This document shows, piece by piece, positions 59,092 through 64,000 of a stretch of 64,000 nt of DNA. The DNA lies in NCBI GenBank assembly GCA_963816395.1, contig CAWFKQ010000016.1, positions 32,001-96,000 on the forward strand. The letters are read 5' to 3'. The DNA is from an uncultured delta proteobacterium (lineage in GTDB: Bacteria > Desulfobacterota > Desulfuromonadia > Desulfuromonadales > JACZKF01). The notes below the pieces were generated by a model that searched no databases, was not told the DNA's origin, and saw nothing but the letters and a program-made list of their open reading frames with translations. Position numbers and translations under genes: made by a program. Within the stretch, counting starts at the first letter, position 1. Each line of letters opens with the position of its first letter.

Positions 59092-60432
59092 CTAAAGGTA
59101 TTTCAGCTCCTTCCCCCGGGCGGTCAATTCAGCGCGGAACTGGGGATGGGCGATATCGATCAGTGCACGCGTGCGCTGACGGATGCTCTTGGCGTACAGA
59201 TCTGCTACTCCATACTCCGTCACCACATGATGGACATGGTTGCGGCTGGTTACCACACCTGCTCCATGCTTCAGCATCGGAACTATCTTGCTGACCATGG
59301 TTCCGTCTTTCATAATCGAAGTGCTCGGCATGGCGATGACCGACACCCCGCCTTTGGAGCGGGAGGCACCGTAGACAAAGTCCAACTGCCCACCAACGGC
59401 TGAATAAAACCTCGGGCCTATACTGTCGGCGCAGACCTGTCCGGTGAAATCCACTTCAATAGCGGCATTGATCGAGACCATCCGATCATTTTGCGCAATC
59501 ACAAAAGGGTCATTGATGTACTCGGTACGGTGCATTTCGATCATGGGATTGTTATTGGCCCAACGGTAGAGGCGCTTAGTCCCCAGGAGGAATCCGCAGA
59601 CGATCTTGCCTTTATGGAGGGTTTTGCGGGAACAGTTTATAACTCCCGCCTCCACCAGGTCGATGACTCCGTCGGAAATCAGTTCCGAATGTATGCCGAG
59701 ATCTTTTTTATTAAAGAGATGCTTGAGTACTGAGTCTGGAATAGAGCCGATTCCAAGCTGCAGTGTTGCGCCGTCAGGGATCAAACTAGAAATATGGCCC
59801 GCAAGCTGTTCGACAGTTTCCGGGTCACCCTCTTCACCCATATGTCTTTCGGGAAGAGGAGAAGCAGCCTCAACGATGCGGTGCATGCGGGACACGTGCA
59901 TAAAGGTGTCTCCCAACATCCGCGGCACATTCGAGTTTACTTGGGCAATAACCGTTTTGGCGGATTCCGCAGCCGTTATGGAGAGCCCAGATTCCGTGCC
60001 CAGCGAGCAGAAACCGTTTTCGTCAGGCGTCGATACGTTGAGAATCGCCACATCGAGGGGCAAGTGACCGTTTTTGAACAAGAGGGGATATTCCGAAAGC
60101 AGGACAGGGGTGAAATCAGCACGCCCTTCGTTAACAGCCTGGCGAACATTGGGGCTGATGAACATGGTGTTGACCCTGATATGGCCCTGCATCTCGGGGG
60201 CAACGTAATCAGACGGACAAATTGTCACCGCTTGGCAAACTTCTACGTGCTGAAGTTTCGGCGCACGCTTAACCAGAGCTTCCAGTAAATACATTGGTAC
60301 GGAAGCGTTCCCAGTCAGAAAGAGGCGATCGCCGGAATTAACACCTTTGATTGCTTCATCGGCGGTCATCACTCGAGAAGCATAAATCTCCTGCCAGTCC
60401 GTGATTGCTCTACAGGTCGTCGGGGCCACCAT
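59092..60432 (-). CDS. Family I CoA transferase (acetyl-CoA hydrolase/4-hydroxybutyrate CoA-transferase-like)
   Basis: GATLQLGIGSIP, LGIHSE, GQVCADS, GGQLDF, VVTEYG. Confidence 0.9.
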   Translation of the reverse strand: MVAPTTCRAITDWQEIYASRVMTADEAIKGVNSGDRLFLTGNASVPMYLLEALVKRAPKLQHVEVCQAVTICPSDYVAPEMQGHIRVNTMFISPNVRQAVNEGRADFTPVLLSEYPLLFKNGHLPLDVAILNVSTPDENGFCSLGTESGLSITAAESAKTVIAQVNSNVPRMLGDTFMHVSRMHRIVEAASPLPERHMGEEGDPETVEQLAGHISSLIPDGATLQLGIGSIPDSVLKHLFNKKDLGIHSELISDGVIDLVEAGVINCSRKTLHKGKIVCGFLLGTKRLYRWANNNPMIEMHRTEYINDPFVIAQNDRMVSINAAIEVDFTGQVCADSIGPRFYSAVGGQLDFVYGASRSKGGVSVIAMPSTSIMKDGTMVSKIVPMLKHGAGVVTSRNHVHHVVTEYGVADLYAKSIRQRTRALIDIAHPQFRAELTARGKELKYL

Positions 60433-60477
60433 TGCTCTCCTTAATTCAGATATTCCATTACCCGTAAACTCTTTCAA

Positions 60478-62565
60478 TTAAACCCTGATCCTTCCGTCCA
60501 CGGCGTAGACGGCATCGGCAAAGGCCATGATCGGGTTCAGGTCCATCTCCTGGATCATCGGCAGATCGCTCAGCAGCTGCGAAAGGCGCTGGATGAGGTT
60601 GACCACCTTCTCCTTGTCGATCCCCGCCTCACCCCGCACCCCGTCGAGCAGGGCCGAAGTCTTGATGGAGGCGAGCATCTCCCGCGCCTCCAGGCGGGTG
60701 ACCGGGGCGATCTTGAACACCACGTCCTTGAGGACCTCAACATAGATGCCGCCGAGGCCGAACATCACCAGGTGCCCCAGCCCCCTTTCGGCGGAGGCGC
60801 CGATGATCAGCTCGCGGCCGCCGGGGAGGAACTTCTGGATAAAGAAACGCAGCCTGCCGAATCTTCCCAGGCGCTTCTGCATATCCTCCACCGCGGCACG
60901 GACGGCAGCAGCATCCTTGAGGTTGATCGCTACCCCGCCCATATCGCTCTTGTGGTCGATCTCCTCGCAGTCGACCTTCACCACCACCGGATAGCCGATC
61001 GCTTCCGCCGCCTCCACCGCCCCGGCGGCGTCCGCCGCGATCCGCCAGGGGGCCACGGGGATGCCGTAGGCCGAGAAAATCGAGTAGACCTCGGTGGCGG
61101 AGAGGACGCTGCGGCCGGCCTGCTGCGCCTGCTCGATGATCGACCGGGCGCGGGCGGCGTCGACCCCGGCAAAGCTCTCCGGCTGGCCGATATCGCGCCG
61201 CTGGAGCCGGCCGTAACGGGTGAGGGCGCCCAGGGCCTTGGCGGCATCGCTGGGATTGGCGTAGCAGGGGACGCCGCCTTCCTTGAGAATACGGCTGGTG
61301 ATTTCGAATCGTTCCAGGCAGAGATTGGTCATGAAGTTGCAGACGATCGGCTTTTTGCCCATTCTGCTTACCGCAACGATCTCCCGTGCGATGCCTTGGG
61401 TATCGGAGAAGGGGGCGGTGACGAAATTCATGAAGATGCTGTCGACTCCCTCGTCCGCCATAAGCACATCCAAGGCGGCGCGAAAGTGCAGCGCGCCTGC
61501 GGTTGCCACCACGTCAACAGGATTTCCCAGCGCCGCCTCCGGAAGCTGTGTCTCCTTGAGCTGGTTGATGGATTTTTCAGAGAGACGCGGAACGTCCATG
61601 CCGTTTGCCACCAGCACGTCTGTTGCAATTACCGCGGGTCCACCGGTATTGGTAATGACACCCACCCGATTTCCCGCAGGTATCGGCTGGTACTCAAATG
61701 CCATTGCGGCACGTACCATCTCCCCCTCATCTGTGAAGGAAAGGACCCCGGTCTTCTCGAAAATGAGCTCGGTGGCGATGTCCACTCCAGCCAGGGAGCC
61801 GGTGTGGGAAGAGGCCGCCTTGGCCCCCTGCTCGGTACGCCCGGCCTTCATGGCAAGAATTGGTTTCTTAGGCGCCACCACCGTCGCTGCCTCGAGGAAC
61901 TCCCTCGGATTAGCGAATCCTTCGGTATACAGGATGACCGCCTTCGTTCCCTCGTCATTTCCCCAGTAGCGGAGAATTTCGGAGATGGAAACATCGCAGG
62001 CATTCCCGTTGGAGGCGTACATACGCATGCCGATATCCAGATCAAACAACGCCTGCATGATGATGGTGCCGACCCCGCCGCTTAAGGCGACCACCGAAAT
62101 GCCGCCCGGCTTAGGGTAGGTAAAGGTGAAATTGCAATAGGCTTTGAGGGCCGGGTCGGAATTGATGATCCCCTGACAGTTGGGGCCGAAAAGCCGCACC
62201 CCATATTCCTTTGCATTGTCGAGGAACTCCTTCTGAAGCCTCTCACCTTCCTCTCCCATCTCGCTGAACCCAGCGGAGTTTATGATTGCTGCCTTGACTC
62301 CTTTTTTGCCACAATCGATGATTGCCTGGGGGACCATGGCGCTGGGGATTATGATGTGGGCCAAGTCGATCTCAGAGTGGACCTCGGCAAGGGAAGGATA
62401 AGCTTTAATGCCGCGCACTTCAGGGGCAGTTGGATTGATGGGATATATCTCCCCCGTGTAGCCGTAAAGTTGCAGGTTTCCAATGATGACATTGCCGATG
62501 GAAAATTCTTTGCTGGAGGCGCCGACGATAGCAATCGCCTTTGGCTTAAAAAGTGCGTCCAACAT
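60478..62565 (-). CDS. ADP-forming acyl-CoA synthetase (fused alpha-beta ACD)
   Basis: IVGAS, YPINP, SAGFSE, GPNCQG, KAGRT...ASSHTG, NTGG, NPVD, HKSDMGGV, FGLGG, DLNP. Confidence 0.92.
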   Translation of the reverse strand: MLDALFKPKAIAIVGASSKEFSIGNVIIGNLQLYGYTGEIYPINPTAPEVRGIKAYPSLAEVHSEIDLAHIIIPSAMVPQAIIDCGKKGVKAAIINSAGFSEMGEEGERLQKEFLDNAKEYGVRLFGPNCQGIINSDPALKAYCNFTFTYPKPGGISVVALSGGVGTIIMQALFDLDIGMRMYASNGNACDVSISEILRYWGNDEGTKAVILYTEGFANPREFLEAATVVAPKKPILAMKAGRTEQGAKAASSHTGSLAGVDIATELIFEKTGVLSFTDEGEMVRAAMAFEYQPIPAGNRVGVITNTGGPAVIATDVLVANGMDVPRLSEKSINQLKETQLPEAALGNPVDVVATAGALHFRAALDVLMADEGVDSIFMNFVTAPFSDTQGIAREIVAVSRMGKKPIVCNFMTNLCLERFEITSRILKEGGVPCYANPSDAAKALGALTRYGRLQRRDIGQPESFAGVDAARARSIIEQAQQAGRSVLSATEVYSIFSAYGIPVAPWRIAADAAGAVEAAEAIGYPVVVKVDCEEIDHKSDMGGVAINLKDAAAVRAAVEDMQKRLGRFGRLRFFIQKFLPGGRELIIGASAERGLGHLVMFGLGGIYVEVLKDVVFKIAPVTRLEAREMLASIKTSALLDGVRGEAGIDKEKVVNLIQRLSQLLSDLPMIQEMDLNPIMAFADAVYAVDGRIRV

Positions 62566-62566
62566 C

Positions 62567-63811
62567 TTATTTCCTCTCTTCGAGAAGCTCGATGAAGGCT
62601 TCAATATTTGTTTTGGTCTGCTCATCAGAAATGCAGCGCATGTCGGTGACGTCGCCAGAGATCACCAGGGCAGGAATGCCGGTTTTACTTTCCAATCGCT
62701 GGGGCATCCCGTAGTGATTGTTTGCATTGTGAGGGCAGGTCTTGGAATCGTGGAACACGATTCCGTCGATGCGGAATTTGGCAAGCATCTCCTGGAGGTG
62801 CTGCTCTTTATAGGTTTCGGAGCGGACAATGAAGAGATCAAGGTAGGCCTTGGCCATGCTCCGGATCGGATCCTCTGAATTGAGGGCGGGGAAAATCCAG
62901 CTACTGCCGTAGGAGGAGGCCACCACGTTCGCCTTGAGGCCGGCAAACAGCTCGGAGTGTATTCGAAGCCGGCCCCACACTGGCAAGCCTTCCCAGAAGA
63001 TGCGCAGTGATTCTTCTTCCACCGCTGCAACCCCGGTGGCGACTCGCTCCTTTAATTCGGCAAGCAGAACGCGGTAGTAGGCCACCGCCTCTGGGGTTCC
63101 CCGGAGGACTACGGCTGGCCCCATGTGGATAGCGCTGTCAAAGAAGGTCAGGGGGGCCGGCGATGCGGTCGACATCTCTAACACTTCTTTCCAGATATCA
63201 GTACATTGTCTGGAAAGGAAAACAACTTCCTGAAGCCTGGCTCTATCCAGCTTTTGTCCGGAAATTGTCTCCAGCGTCGGGACCAGGGCCGCTATCTGCT
63301 TAGTGACATCATCAATGTGGGTGGTGGTCACCTCGTCAATGCACTTTGGGGAGGAAATGCCAATGCAAGGGACACCGAGTCGTCTGGAGTACCAGCCGAG
63401 CCAGTCCTGCACGTCACGGCACTGATTCGTGTTGTAGACTAGGACGTCAGGTTTGGGTACGGCTTCGATCCCGGGGTAGGCCTTGGAAAGCGGGGTGATC
63501 CCTTTAAGGTAGGCACCGATGTCGGAGGTCAGATAGGAGCAGATATCCGGAGAGTAGCCGATGGCAGTGGCTTCCGGTATAACATCGTTGGAGGTCCTCG
63601 TGGCGCCGAGCATGGCACCGTGGTTTTCCGGGAAGTAGACCAGGAAACCCATCGCTCTCAGCAATTCCGCTGGCCCAACGCTGGTGCACCAAGCGACTTT
63701 CTGGCTGCCGGTGGTGGCCGCTTGGTTCAGAGCATAGAAGTAATCTGCCATGATCTTGTTCATCTGGTCCGTGGCTTGGATTTTCTTTCTTATTATCTTT
63801 TTCTCTTCCAC
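62567..63811 (-). CDS. 2-hydroxyacyl-CoA dehydratase subunit (HgdA/FldB/HadB family; related to benzoyl-CoA reductase subunits)
   Basis: AWCTS, FPENHGA, GYSPDICSY, NTNQC, DGIVFHDSKTC, TNIEAFIE. Confidence 0.88.
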   Translation of the reverse strand: MEEKKIIRKKIQATDQMNKIMADYFYALNQAATTGSQKVAWCTSVGPAELLRAMGFLVYFPENHGAMLGATRTSNDVIPEATAIGYSPDICSYLTSDIGAYLKGITPLSKAYPGIEAVPKPDVLVYNTNQCRDVQDWLGWYSRRLGVPCIGISSPKCIDEVTTTHIDDVTKQIAALVPTLETISGQKLDRARLQEVVFLSRQCTDIWKEVLEMSTASPAPLTFFDSAIHMGPAVVLRGTPEAVAYYRVLLAELKERVATGVAAVEEESLRIFWEGLPVWGRLRIHSELFAGLKANVVASSYGSSWIFPALNSEDPIRSMAKAYLDLFIVRSETYKEQHLQEMLAKFRIDGIVFHDSKTCPHNANNHYGMPQRLESKTGIPALVISGDVTDMRCISDEQTKTNIEAFIELLEERK

Positions 63812-63894
63812 AATTCCTCCTCTTTAGCGAGCCCTATCCAAGGTGCTCATGGTCTCAAACTAAAATCCATCCCAATGCCTGGGAAAGGGCCTCT

Positions 63895-63999
63895 CTATGA
63901 ATCTGGACAATTGCCGCACCGTGTTTGCAATTCTTCAGAGACGGAATTCCCCTCTTCCTTTAGGGCATAGAGTGCAGCGCCGACGGCGCCCGCCAACTG
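63895..63999 (-). CDS. Acyl-CoA dehydratase activase (HgdC/FldI/BcrA-D type), 3' end only
   Basis: QLAGAVGAALYA C-terminal motif of ASKHA activases, directly upstream of the dehydratase subunit. Confidence 0.7.
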   Translation of the reverse strand, partial: QLAGAVGAALYALKEEGNSVSEELQTRCGNCPDS

Positions 64000-64000
64000 C

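Larger units (their letters stand above)
48515..64000 (-). other. Lower-GC catabolic island (extends beyond the window)
   Basis: Abrupt drop in GC and change in codon usage right after the GST stop (by eye); all genes on the minus strand; no frameshifts seen. Confidence 0.7.

Overview
High-GC bacterial chromosome segment; gene content suggests a Desulfuromonadales-type deltaproteobacterium (inference). Bases 1-48.5 kb carry ABC transporters, a cold-shock gene, a hypABCDE cluster divergent from a sigma54 response regulator and a group 3b-type [NiFe]-hydrogenase operon (apparently fused beta-gamma subunit), a FlhG/MinD-like ATPase paired with a pseudo-J/RodZ-HTH protein, and BtsSR plus CstA with a BtsR-type triple repeat. 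They also carry an ANTAR regulator, a nuclease-DinG helicase next to hipBA, degP-rluD-pgeF, pagL, an RND pump and a redox gene run (Fe-S flavoprotein, nitroreductase, DUF362, polyferredoxin, QueG-like, molybdopterin enzyme). The strongest hidden feature is a glutathione S-transferase at 47851-48513 with an in-frame TGA at the catalytic Cys position followed by a bacterial SECIS-like hairpin, i.e. a probable selenoprotein that the ORF track truncates. From about 48.5 kb to the end, a visibly lower-GC minus-strand island encodes activase, 2-hydroxyacyl-CoA dehydratase, ADP-forming acyl-CoA ligase, CoA transferase, IorAB, ACT protein, PanE-like reductase and a Liv transporter; this looks like a non-clostridial Stickland-like (aromatic) amino acid pathway. 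About 20 single-base frameshifts, mostly insertions, split genes in the high-GC part and are probably sequencing errors. No tRNA, rRNA, CRISPR array, transposase or integrase was seen.
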